A DNA stretch of 64,000 nt from Chloroflexota bacterium (GCA_050258095.1 JBLMYD010000038.1:3594-67593), one strand, 5' to 3'; counted from the first letter of the stretch, positions 6,558-16,490 are shown. Notes: generated by a model not told the origin, from the sequence alone. Numbers and translations are program-made.

Positions 6558-9500
6558 TCAGCGGCTCCACTTCTGCACGCGATCGTTGAGCGAGTCGGCG
6601 ATCCAGAGATTGCCGCTGGAGTCGCTCGTGATGCCGGCGGGGAATTCGAATTCGAATTGTCCTTCGCCTTTGCCCCCTTCACCGAACTTGCCTTCGTAGG
6701 TGCCTTCTTCGCTGAACCACTGGACGCGGTTGTTGCGTTCGTCGACGATCCAGATCGTCCCCGCTTCGTCGACCGCGATCATGTCGGGATGCATGAACTG
6801 GCCGTCGAAGATGCCCGTGGTGCCGAATTCCTGAACGAATTCGCCGGATTCGTTGAACTCGATGACCGCCCCGGCCAGCCAGTCGCAGACCCAGACGTTG
6901 TTGCCGGGGCCGATGTCGATGCCGCTCGGGTTGATCATGTGCCCTTTTTCGCCTTCGGACGGCTTGACGACCCGAATCAGTTTCCCTTTCGGACTGAACT
7001 CCTGCAGACGGCCGTTGTAGGTGTCGGCGACCCAGATGTCGCCCTCGGCGTCGATCGCGATGCTTTCCGCGTCGAATAGCTGGCCTTCTTCGGTGCCCAT
7101 TTCGCCGAACTGTTCAAAGCATTCTCCCGTTTCGTTGAACTGCGTAACGCGGTAATTGCCCGCGTCGTCGACCCAGATGTAGCCTTCGGCGTCGATCGCC
7201 ACCGACTTCGGCCGGTTGATCTGGCATTTCCCTTCCCCCGATTCGCCGAATTCTCTGATGAATTTGCCTTCTTTGTCGAACTTCTGCAGGCGGTCGTTTT
7301 CCATGTCGACGACCCAGACGTTGCCTTCGGCGTCGATCGCGACGTCGGCGGGATGTTTGAATTTTCCTTCCCCTTCGCCTTCGGAGCCGAAATTGAGGGT
7401 GCTGCGCGGCAGCGACTTGAAGGTTTTGTCTTCCCCTTTGACGATTCCCCCTTCGCTTTCGGCGACGACTCGGAAGTGGTATTCGGTGGCTGTTTTCAGG
7501 CCGGTCGGAGTCTGGCTGACGGCTTTGGCTTCGGTGCCCGAGCCGACTGATTCGCCCGATGTCGGAATTTTGCTTCCGTAGGACGTGGTTTCACCGTATT
7601 CGAACCAGTAGGTTGTTGCGTAGCCTTTGGGGTTGACCAGGGCATTGAGGTTCGCCTGGGTTAATTTGATCGCCGTGGCGGCTTCGGTCGTGACTTTGGG
7701 CGGCGGCTTCGGTTTCCACTTCTGGACCCTGTCGTTGACCGTGTCGGCGACCCAGACGTTGCCTTCGGAATCGGCGCCGATGCCGCCCGGTTCCGCAAGC
7801 TCGCCGGAGTTGTTCCCGGGCGTGCCGAACTGGCCGACGTAGTTGCCTTCGGAGTCGAACCTCTGCACGCGATTGTTGCCCGCATCGGTTACCCAGAGCC
7901 AGCCTTCGGAGTCGATTGCCACCTGGGTGGGTTCTAAGAATTTGCCGTTGCCGTTGCCTTCCGAACCGACTTTGCGGATGAATTTGCCTTCCGAGGTGAA
8001 CTCCTGCAGGCGATCATTGCCGGTGTCGGCTACCCAAACGTTGCCTTTGGAGTCCAGGGCGATGCCTTGAGAGTCATCGAGTTTCCCATCTTCGCTCCCC
8101 AAGCTTCCAAATTCACGGACGAATTCGCCTTTACTGGTGAACTCCTGAACTCGCGGAAATTCCGTGGTGGACTCAACTGTCCAAATATGGTTTGACGAGT
8201 CGATCGAGATGTCTCGCAGCGCCTTGAATTTTCCACTTTCCGAACCAAGGCTGCCAAACTTAAACAGGTATTCGCCTTTGGAATTGAACTCTTGAACTCG
8301 GTGGTTGCCCCGCGTGGCAACCCAAATATTTCCTTTTGAGTCCAACGCTATCCCTTCGGGTTCAATGAATTGGTCGTTTGCACTCCCTTCGCTGCCGAAC
8401 TGAAGGATGAATTTGCCTTCGGAGTCGAACTTCTGGACCCGGTTATGGGCGAAGTCAGTGACCCAAACGTTGCCTTCTTCATCGGCGATCGCGTCGCTCG
8501 GTTCACTCAAGCGCCCAGCTCCCGAGCCTTCGCCACCGAGCTTACGGATGAATTCGCCTTTGCTGGTGAACTCCTGCATACGGTTGTTGAGGGTATCGGC
8601 AACCCAGACGTTGCCTTTGGAATCGACGCCAATCCCCTCCGGCTTTGAAAGCTGTCCGCTGTCATTGCCATGAGTGCCGAATTCCTGGAGAAGTTTGCCT
8701 TCGCCGTTGAACTGCTTCACGTTGTTGCCATTTGTGCTGGCGACCCAAATGTCACCGGTGGAGCCGATCGCGATGCCTTGGGGGTTGGAGACCCCACTGG
8801 CTTTGCGGATGAATTTGCCTTCTGCCGTGAACTCCTCCAAGCGGCTGTTGCCCGTGTCAGCAACCCAAATGTCGTTTTCTGTGTCTATGACGATACCCCT
8901 CGGATTTTCGAATTTCCCGTTTTCGGAGCCCTGGGTGCCGAATTTTTGGATGAAATTTCCTTCGGAATCGAACTCCTGCACCCGGTCGTTTAGGGTATCC
9001 GCAATCCAGACGTTTCCTTCGGAATCGACCGCGATATCCTCGGGTTTTTTGAGTTGCCCGTCTTCGGTGCCTTCGCTGCCGAATTTGCGGACGAATTCGC
9101 CTTTCGACGTGAACTCCTGAACTCGATAGTTATCGGTATCGGCAATCCAAACGTTGCCTTCCGGGTCGAGTGCGATGCCTTGAAGGTTGGAGAGCAACCC
9201 GTCCCCCGACCCTAAGGCTCCGAACTGCTGGATGAATTTCCCTTCCGCGTCGAACTCCTGAACCCGATTGTGACCGGAGTCGGCGACCCAGACGTTGCCT
9301 TCGGCATCTACGGCCGCTTCGCCCGGGATGGAGAGCTGTCCCGCGCCTATGTTGTCGCCGCCGAACTTGCGGACGAATTTGCCTTCCGAGTCGAGCTCCT
9401 GAACCCGGTCGTTGGAGGTATCGGCAATCCAGAGGTTGCCTTTGGAGTCGATGACAAGACCGCCCGGATCTGAAAGCTGGCCGTCTTCGTTGCCGGCGTT

Positions 9501-10349
9501 GCCGGCTTTGGCGACGAATTTGCCTTCCGAGTCGAACTCCTGCAGGCGGTTGTTGCCCGTATCGGCGACCCAAACGTTACCCGCGGAGTCGAGTGCGATG
9601 CCCTGTGGGCTTTGGAGTTGTCCGCCTTCGGTTCCTTCGCTGCCGAATTTGCGGACGAATTCGCCTTTGGGGTTGAACTCTTGAACCCGGTGACTGTTGG
9701 TGTCCGCAGCCCAAACGTTGCCTTCGGAGTCGATGGCCATGCCCTGGGGCTTTAAGAACTTACCGTCTTCGTCTCCCACTGTTCCAAACTTGAGGAGGAA
9801 TTCCCCCGCTGAATTGAACTTCTGGATTCGATTGTTGTTGGTGTCGGCCACCCAGAAGTTGCCTTCGGAGTCGATGGCCATGCCCTGGGGCTTGCCGAAA
9901 TGACCATTGGCAGTACCCGACGAGCCGAATTTCCCGACGAATTCGCCCGTCGCCGAGAACTCCTGAACGCGGTTATTGCCGCTGTCGACGACCCAGATGT
10001 TGCCTTTGGAGTCGACCGCGATCCCCTGGGGTTCGTCGAAGAGGCCGTCAGCGGTGCCGAAGGCACCGAGCTCGCGGACGAATTTGCCTTCGGAGTCGAA
10101 CTCCTGGACCCGGTTGTGGCCGGTGTCGGAAACCCAGGAGTTGCCTTCGGAATCGAGAGCGACCCAGCCCGGTTCGACCAGGTGGCCGCCCGCGGTTCCT
10201 TCGCCGTCGATGCCCAGTTCGTATGTCGCCGTGGCGGCCTCAGCCAACGGAGCTGCGGCCAGAGCGCCCAGGAAGATGCAAGAGAGGGCAAGCGCAACGG
10301 TGTGCGCTTTCCGCGCACTGCGCCGCCCGCTTGCTAACGAACCCTCCAT
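6558..10349 (-). CDS. Secreted NHL-repeat beta-propeller protein: 24 blades (18 + FN3-like module + 6)
   Basis: 1263 aa with signal peptide ..FLGALAAAPLAEA/ATAT. There are 24 tandem units of about 47 aa, e.g. GKFVRKFGSEGTEDGQLKKPEDIAVDSEGNVWIADTLNDRVQEF. A beta-sandwich insert (..ATTYWFEYGETTSYG..TEYHFRVVAES..) follows blade 18. GC is markedly lower than in the flanks. Confidence 0.9.
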   Translation of the reverse strand: MEGSLASGRRSARKAHTVALALSCIFLGALAAAPLAEAATATYELGIDGEGTAGGHLVEPGWVALDSEGNSWVSDTGHNRVQEFDSEGKFVRELGAFGTADGLFDEPQGIAVDSKGNIWVVDSGNNRVQEFSATGEFVGKFGSSGTANGHFGKPQGMAIDSEGNFWVADTNNNRIQKFNSAGEFLLKFGTVGDEDGKFLKPQGMAIDSEGNVWAADTNSHRVQEFNPKGEFVRKFGSEGTEGGQLQSPQGIALDSAGNVWVADTGNNRLQEFDSEGKFVAKAGNAGNEDGQLSDPGGLVIDSKGNLWIADTSNDRVQELDSEGKFVRKFGGDNIGAGQLSIPGEAAVDAEGNVWVADSGHNRVQEFDAEGKFIQQFGALGSGDGLLSNLQGIALDPEGNVWIADTDNYRVQEFTSKGEFVRKFGSEGTEDGQLKKPEDIAVDSEGNVWIADTLNDRVQEFDSEGNFIQKFGTQGSENGKFENPRGIVIDTENDIWVADTGNSRLEEFTAEGKFIRKASGVSNPQGIAIGSTGDIWVASTNGNNVKQFNGEGKLLQEFGTHGNDSGQLSKPEGIGVDSKGNVWVADTLNNRMQEFTSKGEFIRKLGGEGSGAGRLSEPSDAIADEEGNVWVTDFAHNRVQKFDSEGKFILQFGSEGSANDQFIEPEGIALDSKGNIWVATRGNHRVQEFNSKGEYLFKFGSLGSESGKFKALRDISIDSSNHIWTVESTTEFPRVQEFTSKGEFVREFGSLGSEDGKLDDSQGIALDSKGNVWVADTGNDRLQEFTSEGKFIRKVGSEGNGNGKFLEPTQVAIDSEGWLWVTDAGNNRVQRFDSEGNYVGQFGTPGNNSGELAEPGGIGADSEGNVWVADTVNDRVQKWKPKPPPKVTTEAATAIKLTQANLNALVNPKGYATTYWFEYGETTSYGSKIPTSGESVGSGTEAKAVSQTPTGLKTATEYHFRVVAESEGGIVKGEDKTFKSLPRSTLNFGSEGEGEGKFKHPADVAIDAEGNVWVVDMENDRLQKFDKEGKFIREFGESGEGKCQINRPKSVAIDAEGYIWVDDAGNYRVTQFNETGECFEQFGEMGTEEGQLFDAESIAIDAEGDIWVADTYNGRLQEFSPKGKLIRVVKPSEGEKGHMINPSGIDIGPGNNVWVCDWLAGAVIEFNESGEFVQEFGTTGIFDGQFMHPDMIAVDEAGTIWIVDERNNRVQWFSEEGTYEGKFGEGGKGEGQFEFEFPAGITSDSSGNLWIADSLNDRVQKWSR

Positions 10350-10405
10350 AGCGGTAGGTAGTCATACACCAGGAACGGTGTCCAGTCAAGAATACCTGAG
10401 TTTAT

Positions 10406-11029
10406 TTAGAGCACGTAGACCGTCGTGAAGACGATGATCCACATGATGTCGACGAAGTGCCAGTAGATGCCCGGGACCTCGACGCCGAGGTGGTTCTTCG
10501 CCTCGGGGCCGAAGTGGCCGCGGAAGGCGCGGATGGTGGCAAAGCTGAGCAGGCAGAGGCCGACGAAGACGTGGGCGCCGTGCAGGCCGGTGAGGCCGTA
10601 GAAGATCGAGCCGAAGGCGAGGTCGCGGGCGCTGAAGCCAAGATGCGCGTACTCGTTGATCTGGATGAAGAGGAAGGTCGCGCCCAGCAGCCAGGTGAGC
10701 ACTAGGCCGAGCTTCAGGCCCCTGCGGTTGCCACGACGGATCGACTCGAGCGCGTAGTGGACGGTGAAGCTCGAGGAGACGAGGATCGCCGTGTTGACGC
10801 CGGCCACCGCAACGGGCAGTTTGTACGGTTCGGGTGGCCAGGTCGGCGGGTGAACGACGACACGGAGGAAGAAGTAGGAGGCGAAGAAGGCGCCGAACAG
10901 CATCACCTCGGAGACGATGAAGAGAAGGATGCCGAGCGTCTGGCGGTCGATCCGCGAGCTCTGGTTGGCCTCGGGCGGCCCGTGGTGCTCCTCGTGGGCA
11001 TGGCCGAGTGCGACGGTGGCGCTCTCCAT
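10406..11029 (-). CDS. ctaE: Cytochrome c oxidase subunit III
   Basis: The internal ATG at 11029 gives a 207-aa protein: MESATVALGHAHEEHHGPP..LFIVSEVMLFGAFFASYF..GLHGAHVFVG..YWHFVDIMWI... The start shares one nt with the upstream TGA (TGATG). Confidence 0.9.
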   Translation of the reverse strand: MESATVALGHAHEEHHGPPEANQSSRIDRQTLGILLFIVSEVMLFGAFFASYFFLRVVVHPPTWPPEPYKLPVAVAGVNTAILVSSSFTVHYALESIRRGNRRGLKLGLVLTWLLGATFLFIQINEYAHLGFSARDLAFGSIFYGLTGLHGAHVFVGLCLLSFATIRAFRGHFGPEAKNHLGVEVPGIYWHFVDIMWIIVFTTVYVL

Positions 11030-11901
11030 CAGTGCCCTCCCCCCTCCTCGGCGACGGCCGCGGCGACCGCGGCTGCGGGACGGCCCACCTCGAGGTGGGT
11101 CACGGTCTTGTCGGTTATCTCGCGCACGCGGCCGATCAGGTCGTCCTCGAGCCAGCGCGAGCTCTCGCCGGCGAAGGTCGAGATCAGCACCTCGTCGATC
11201 CGGTAGTGCTCGATCGCATTGCGCACGGCGTTGAACGGTTCGGGGCTCATCGGCTGTCCGGTCGCATCGACGTCGGCGCGGTACAGCTCGGCCAGCGTCG
11301 AGGCGAGGTCGCGCACGATCTTCGCCTCGTCGACGTCCTCGGCGCGCGGGCAGATGATCGTGTAACGGTGCGGATGGCCGGCGGCCCGCTCCTTCAGCCG
11401 CTCGACCAGGTCGGGGGCGGCGATCGTCTTCGTCGCCACGACCAGCGTGTGGTTGACCTCCCAGCTGATCGCGTCCTCTTCGATCCGCACCGGGATGTGA
11501 GTGACGGCGACGTCCGGTTCGAAGCGGCCCTTCGCCCACTCGACCAGGTCCTTGCGGGTGAAGCCGAAGCGGGTCTCGTTGAGGCAGGAGAGCAGCACCT
11601 CGCCCGGTTCGTGGGCGCGCACCGCGTCGTCGAGGGCCAGCGACGGCTCGGGGTCCATCACCTCGCCGATCGAGTCGATCCCGTACTCGGAGAGGATCGA
11701 CATCGTCACCTCGACCCGGGCCCGGGCGGCCTCGCGCAGCTCGCCAGCGTCGATCAGCTGACCGACCGCCGGCTGGTTCTGCGGTGCGGCGACGGCGACG
11801 AACGGCACCTCGGCGGCGCGCTCTTTGACCGCCGCCAGCAGCTTGCGCCCGCCCGCCACCTCGTTGAGGAAGACGAGCAGCGGCCGTCCCTCGGCACTCA
11901 T
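11029..11901 (-). CDS. Tandem USP-like two-domain protein embedded in the cta operon
   Basis: 290 aa made of two homologous halves. The second half ends ..DEVLISTFAGESSRWLEDDLIGRVREITDKTVTHLEV, matching 5842..6492. ATGA overlap with the ctaD stop, and its TGA overlaps the ctaE ATG. Confidence 0.65.
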   Translation of the reverse strand: MSAEGRPLLVFLNEVAGGRKLLAAVKERAAEVPFVAVAAPQNQPAVGQLIDAGELREAARARVEVTMSILSEYGIDSIGEVMDPEPSLALDDAVRAHEPGEVLLSCLNETRFGFTRKDLVEWAKGRFEPDVAVTHIPVRIEEDAISWEVNHTLVVATKTIAAPDLVERLKERAAGHPHRYTIICPRAEDVDEAKIVRDLASTLAELYRADVDATGQPMSPEPFNAVRNAIEHYRIDEVLISTFAGESSRWLEDDLIGRVREITDKTVTHLEVGRPAAAVAAAVAEEGGGH

Positions 11902-13799
11902 GTGGACACCACCGAGGGCTCAGGCGCCTGCACCTCGGCCCCTTCGCCGGCCAGGATCGCGTGGCGGGCGCCGGGCACGCCGTACTCGTAGGGTCCGCCG
12001 ACCACGCGCGGGATCTCGTCGAAGTTGAAGATCGGCGGCGGCGAGGAGACGAGCCACTCGATCGACTTGCCGCGCCAGGGGTTGCCTTCGGCCTTCGGCC
12101 CGAAGCGCCAGCTGACGATCATGTTGTAGAGGAAGACGAGCTGGACGGCGCCGAGCAGAAAGGCGAAACAGCTGATCAGCAGGTTCCAGTCGCCGAACTG
12201 GGAGGCGTAGTCCGCCACGCGCCGTGGCATCCCCTCCATCCCGATCCAGTGCATCGGTAGGAACGTTCCCCAGGTGCCGACCAGGGTCCCCCAGAAGTGG
12301 ATGCGACCGAGCTTCTCGTCGTACATCCGCCCGGTCATCTTCGGGAACCAGTGGTAGATGCCGGCGAAGATCGTGAAGACGGAGCCGCCGAAGAGGACGA
12401 AGTGGATGTGGGCGACGATGAAGTACGTGTCGGAGACGTGGATGTCGATCGGCACCATGCCCAGCATCACGCCGCTGATCCCGCCGACGGTGAAGGTGAC
12501 GATGAAGGCGAGCGCGAACAGCATCGCCGTCGAATAGGTGTGGATCTTGCCGAAATACAGGGTCCCCAGCCAGGAGAAGATCTTGATCCCGGTCGGCACC
12601 GCGATCAGCAGCGTGGTGATCATCATCGGCACGCGCAGCCAGCTGAACATGCCGGCGACGAACATGTGGTGCGCCCAGACCGAGTAGCTGAGGACGACGA
12701 TCCCGATCAGCGCCAGCGCCATCAGGCGGTAGCCGAAGATCGGCTTGCGCGAGTGGATCGAGATGACCTCGCTGATGATCCCGAAGCCGGGCAGCATCAT
12801 GATGTAGACGGCTGGGTGCGAGTAGAACCAGAAGATGTGCTGGTAGCTGATCACGTCGCCGCCGCCGGCGAACTGGAAGAAGTTGGTGTGCAGGGCGCGG
12901 TCGAGGAGGACCATGAACTGGGCGCCGGCGATGAAGGGCGTCGCGGCGACGACCAGCAGCGAGGTCGAGAGGTTGGCCCAGACCAGCAGCGGCATGCGCC
13001 AGAAGGTCATCCCGGGCGCACGCATGGTGATGATCGTGACGAGGAAGTTGAGCGCCGTCGCGATCGAGGAGGCGCCGGCGAACTGAACGCCGAGGTTGAA
13101 GAAGGACTGGCCTAGGGGCGCTCCCGTCGAGAGCGGCGCGTAACCGGTCCAGCCGGCGTCGAAGGCGCCGCCCGGCGCGAGGAAGCTGGCGACGAACATC
13201 AGGCCGGCGATCGGCAGCATCCAGAAGCTGAGCGCGTTTAGCCGCGGGAAGGCCATGTCCGGCGCGCCGATCATCAGCGGCAGCACGTAGTTGGCGATCC
13301 CGGCGAAGACCGGGACGATGAAGACGAAGATCATGATCGCCGCGTGGGCGGAGAAGAGGCCGTTGAAGGTGCCGGCGTCGACGATCTGGGTGCCCGGCTG
13401 GGCCAGCTCGGCCCGGATCAGCATCGCCATCAGCCCGCTGACGAAGAAGAAGAAGAAGTTCGTGCAGATGTACTGGATGCCGATCACCTTGTGATCGGTG
13501 TTGAAGCGGAAGTAGTCGCGCCAGCCCCTGGCGCCGTGCTGCGAGTGGTCCTCGGGAATCGTCGGCATCCCGGCCGCCCAGCGCAGCCAGTAGTCGAAGC
13601 AGCCGAAGCCGAGCAGGAAACCGAGCGGCCCGGTGATCATCGCCACGATCAGCTGCGGGTAGCCGGTCTGCTCGGTCTGGGTGGCGGGCAGGCCCGACGC
13701 CTTGCGCAGGACGACCACGAGAGCGAAGCCGAAGGCGAAGCCGCCCACGGCGCCGATCGCGCCGCGAATCCACCCCGGTTGCTTGATCGCAGCCACCAT
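11898..13799 (-). CDS. ctaD: Cytochrome c oxidase subunit I (canonical)
   Basis: 633 aa carrying all six canonical His ligand motifs (SAHAAIMIF, WFYSHPAVY, WAHHMF, VAHIHFVLFGG). Confidence 0.95.
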   Translation of the reverse strand: MVAAIKQPGWIRGAIGAVGGFAFGFALVVVLRKASGLPATQTEQTGYPQLIVAMITGPLGFLLGFGCFDYWLRWAAGMPTIPEDHSQHGARGWRDYFRFNTDHKVIGIQYICTNFFFFFVSGLMAMLIRAELAQPGTQIVDAGTFNGLFSAHAAIMIFVFIVPVFAGIANYVLPLMIGAPDMAFPRLNALSFWMLPIAGLMFVASFLAPGGAFDAGWTGYAPLSTGAPLGQSFFNLGVQFAGASSIATALNFLVTIITMRAPGMTFWRMPLLVWANLSTSLLVVAATPFIAGAQFMVLLDRALHTNFFQFAGGGDVISYQHIFWFYSHPAVYIMMLPGFGIISEVISIHSRKPIFGYRLMALALIGIVVLSYSVWAHHMFVAGMFSWLRVPMMITTLLIAVPTGIKIFSWLGTLYFGKIHTYSTAMLFALAFIVTFTVGGISGVMLGMVPIDIHVSDTYFIVAHIHFVLFGGSVFTIFAGIYHWFPKMTGRMYDEKLGRIHFWGTLVGTWGTFLPMHWIGMEGMPRRVADYASQFGDWNLLISCFAFLLGAVQLVFLYNMIVSWRFGPKAEGNPWRGKSIEWLVSSPPPIFNFDEIPRVVGGPYEYGVPGARHAILAGEGAEVQAPEPSVVST

Positions 13800-13812
13800 C
13801 AGCAGTCCTCCA

Positions 13813-14604
13813 TTATGCCCCGCCGGCGCCGATCGGCACCGGGTTGGTTTCCGTGTCTTGGACGATCGATTCCTTGTAGGACTGCGGCACGCGTTCTTTC
13901 ACGCCGGCAACCCATTTTTCGAAGTCGGCGGGCTTTTCGACGACGACCTTGGCGCGCATCGCGGCGTGGCCGAAGCCGCAGAGCTCGGTGCAGATCAGCT
14001 GGAAGGTGCCGAGCCGGTCCGGGGTGACGATCGCCGTCGTCGTGATCCCCGGCACGTTGTCCTTCTTGATCCGCCACTCGGGCACCCAGAAGGAGTGGAT
14101 CACGTCCTGGGAGTGCATCTTGAACTCGATCTGGCGGTCGAGCGGCACGTGCATCTCCCCCTGGATCCAGCGACCGCCGTTTTCGGGGTAGCCGAAGCTC
14201 CAGGCGTACTGCTGGGAGAAGACGTCGACGATCAGCGGGTCCTTGGCCGGCTTTTCGATTTCGTTGAGCACGACCCAGCTGTAGCCGGCGCCGAAGAGGA
14301 CGATGATCGTCGGGATCAGCGTCCAGGCCACCTCGAGCCGCGTGTTGCCGTGGATCGGCTCGCCGTCGGACTCGTCGCCCGGCTTGGCCCGGAACTTCCA
14401 GAGGGCGTAGAAGAGCATCACGACGACCAGGGAGAAGACGAAGGCCGAGAGGACGATCATCACGTTGAGCAGGTCGTCGATCTTCGGCGCCGCCGTCGAG
14501 GCCTCCTGGCCGTTCCAGTTGATCGAGAGCATGACCGCCGAGATCGCGGCTGCAAGCGCAACCGTGGCAGCGAGCATCTTCGCTATCGGCAGGCGACCCA
14601 TCAT
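13813..14604 (-). CDS. ctaC: Cytochrome c oxidase subunit II (CuA-containing)
   Basis: 263 aa with 2 TM helices and a cupredoxin domain. CuA site DVIHSFWVP ... CTELCGFGHAAM. Confidence 0.95.
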   Translation of the reverse strand: MMGRLPIAKMLAATVALAAAISAVMLSINWNGQEASTAAPKIDDLLNVMIVLSAFVFSLVVVMLFYALWKFRAKPGDESDGEPIHGNTRLEVAWTLIPTIIVLFGAGYSWVVLNEIEKPAKDPLIVDVFSQQYAWSFGYPENGGRWIQGEMHVPLDRQIEFKMHSQDVIHSFWVPEWRIKKDNVPGITTTAIVTPDRLGTFQLICTELCGFGHAAMRAKVVVEKPADFEKWVAGVKERVPQSYKESIVQDTETNPVPIGAGGA

Positions 14605-14619
14605 CGGCGAGCGCGCATT

Positions 14620-15966
14620 CTATGCAAGCGGCAGACGGTCAAGCTCGCCCCGCGCGGCGGCGATCACCCCGCGCGCCACGCCCTCCCAGCTCCAGAGCCG
14701 CCGGGCCGTCTCCACGAGGCTCTGCCGAGCCGCCTCCCGCTCGGCCTCGGGCAGCGCGAGCCAGGCGTCGAGATGCTCCGCGATCGCCTCGACGGCGCCC
14801 TCCGCGACCGGGAACGAGGTGAGGCGACCGACCTCCGCAGGCAGCGCGGCCGCAAGCTGTCGCGACACCTCAAGCATCCCGGAGTGTCCCGCGGAGACGG
14901 GCAGCACGCCGCAGGCGGCCGCCTCCGCCGCAACCATCCCAAAGGCCTCGGGGAAGGTGCTCGGCATGACCAGCGCCTCGGCACCGGGCAGCAGCTCAGC
15001 CACCTCGTCGTGCTCGAGGCGCCCAATGAAGCGGACCGAGCCGACGATGCTGCGCGCTGCCTCCGCATACCCCACCGGGGGATTCGCCAGGAACGCCGAG
15101 AGGATTGGCAGCGGCCTCTCCGCCCCGCCCTCGAGTGCCCAACCCACCGCGGCTACCTCACGAGCTTTCGCGAGATCTCCCGCCTCCAACGCCGCAAGCA
15201 GCTTCCTCAGTCCGGCTTCGTACTCCCCGTAGCCGGCGATTTCCAGCCGCGCGTCCGGGTGCTTTGCCTTGACGAGGGGCCACGCGGCCAGGAGCAGATC
15301 GACGCCCTTCGAGACGATCAGCTTGCCGACGAAGACGATTCGGGACTGACCGCGTTGGCCCGCGGGGACGGGACGGAATCGCTCCGTGTCGACGCCGGGC
15401 GGGCCGAGGCGGGTCTTGTCCTTGAGCCCAGGGACGTCGGGCAGCGTCTCCCACAGGGACTCGGCCGTGTGGCGCGAGCCGACGAGGATGCCGTGGGCTG
15501 CTTCCATGCCCTCGCGCGCGTAGGGCGAGAAGCGTGGATTTGGCTTGACGGTGTACTCCAGGGCGGAGCCGTGGACCTTGGCGGCGAATGGGGCGATGTC
15601 GGCACGAGCCAGAATCGCTGGACCCATCACGAGGTGGTTGGCCAAGGCGAGGTCTATATCTCCAGCTCGCCCGACCACGTCACGTACCGCAGACACGTTG
15701 GCGTCGATGTAGCGGTCGAGCTCCTCCTCGCTTAGCTCAGGAAAGCTCTTAACCTCAAAGCCTTCATAGGGGTCCTTGACGTAGACCGGGAGTAGGCCGT
15801 GGATGTCGGGGTTGTGGATCTCGACGCCCTCGATCCGGGTCTGGCGGTCCTGACAGACGAGATGGACCTCGTGGCCCAGGTGGGCGAGCGCGCGGGCGAG
15901 GTTGGCGTTGTAGATGTTGCTGCCGGTGCCGCGCAGCATGTAGCCGTGGAAGAGGAGGACGCGCAT
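14620..15966 (-). CDS. Glycosyltransferase, GT4 (group 1) family
   Basis: 448 aa. N-terminus MRVLLFHGYMLRGTGSNIYNANLARALAHLGHEV, and a C-terminal GT-B half with ..VMPSTFPEAFGMVAAEAAACGVLPV... Confidence 0.8.
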   Translation of the reverse strand: MRVLLFHGYMLRGTGSNIYNANLARALAHLGHEVHLVCQDRQTRIEGVEIHNPDIHGLLPVYVKDPYEGFEVKSFPELSEEELDRYIDANVSAVRDVVGRAGDIDLALANHLVMGPAILARADIAPFAAKVHGSALEYTVKPNPRFSPYAREGMEAAHGILVGSRHTAESLWETLPDVPGLKDKTRLGPPGVDTERFRPVPAGQRGQSRIVFVGKLIVSKGVDLLLAAWPLVKAKHPDARLEIAGYGEYEAGLRKLLAALEAGDLAKAREVAAVGWALEGGAERPLPILSAFLANPPVGYAEAARSIVGSVRFIGRLEHDEVAELLPGAEALVMPSTFPEAFGMVAAEAAACGVLPVSAGHSGMLEVSRQLAAALPAEVGRLTSFPVAEGAVEAIAEHLDAWLALPEAEREAARQSLVETARRLWSWEGVARGVIAAARGELDRLPLA

Positions 15967-15998
15967 CGAGACCGCGCAAGCTATTAGTCTTCCCCGCC

Positions 15999-16262
15999 GT
16001 GAACTCGAAGCAGCTCTACCGGATGCGCGCTCCGGCCTCGGGCCGCGAGGCCCTGGCCCGCGCCGAGCAGGGCGAGGTCTACCTCGACCGCGAGACCGGC
16101 GAGGAGATGGCGCCCGTCGCCGCGGTCCTGCCGCTCGCCCCGTCGGCCTCCTCCCTGCCGCGCAGCCCGGAGAACCTTCGCGCCTGCCGCCGCTGCGACC
16201 AGCTGATCGGCCTCGACGTCAGCGACTGCCCGTATTGCGGGTTGAGGCAGGAAGCGCTTTAG
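15999..16262 (+). CDS. Small zinc-ribbon-like protein (87 aa)
   Basis: CRRC..(12)..CPYC pair near the C-terminus. Third-codon-position G/C is very high throughout. The start is uncertain (GTG 15999 or the internal ATG). Confidence 0.5.
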   Translation: MNSKQLYRMRAPASGREALARAEQGEVYLDRETGEEMAPVAAVLPLAPSASSLPRSPENLRACRRCDQLIGLDVSDCPYCGLRQEAL

Positions 16263-16273
16263 CTCTCTGAGGG

Positions 16274-16392
16274 GGGATGGCCGTCGGTAGGTCTTCCTCA
16301 CTCGCCTGACTGGCTGGGTCGGCAACCGCCGTCCGAGGGCCTTTCCCGGCCAGCGGCGCAAAACGTTCGGAAGACCTACCGACGTCCATCCC
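16274..16392. repeat. Long hairpin element 16-a: 24-bp stem (1 mismatch) enclosing a 71-nt conserved core
   Basis: Left arm 16274-16297 is gggatggccgtcggtaggtcttcc and right arm 16369-16392 is ggaagacctaccgacgtccatccc. The core is about 75-80% identical to the reverse complement of the core of element 16-b. Confidence 0.8.
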
Positions 16393-16490
16393 TTGAAAGC
16401 TCAGGCACGCGAGACCCCAGCGCGCGGGCCGGGACACTCGCCAGCACGCCTCGTTGAGGGAGCTTTCGAAGGACGGGGCGGTTTCGCCGT

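Noticed and set aside
6558-10349. Regular 141-nt periodicity that could suggest a CRISPR array or a non-coding tandem array.
   Set aside because: The periodicity is entirely in frame within one ORF encoding NHL blades. There is no repeat-spacer structure and there are no cas genes.
6493-10405. Calling the low-GC NHL region a mobile element or genomic island.
   Set aside because: I saw no integrase, transposase, tRNA, or flanking direct or inverted repeats. Only compositional evidence exists, so it is reported as a finding and not as a mobile_element feature.
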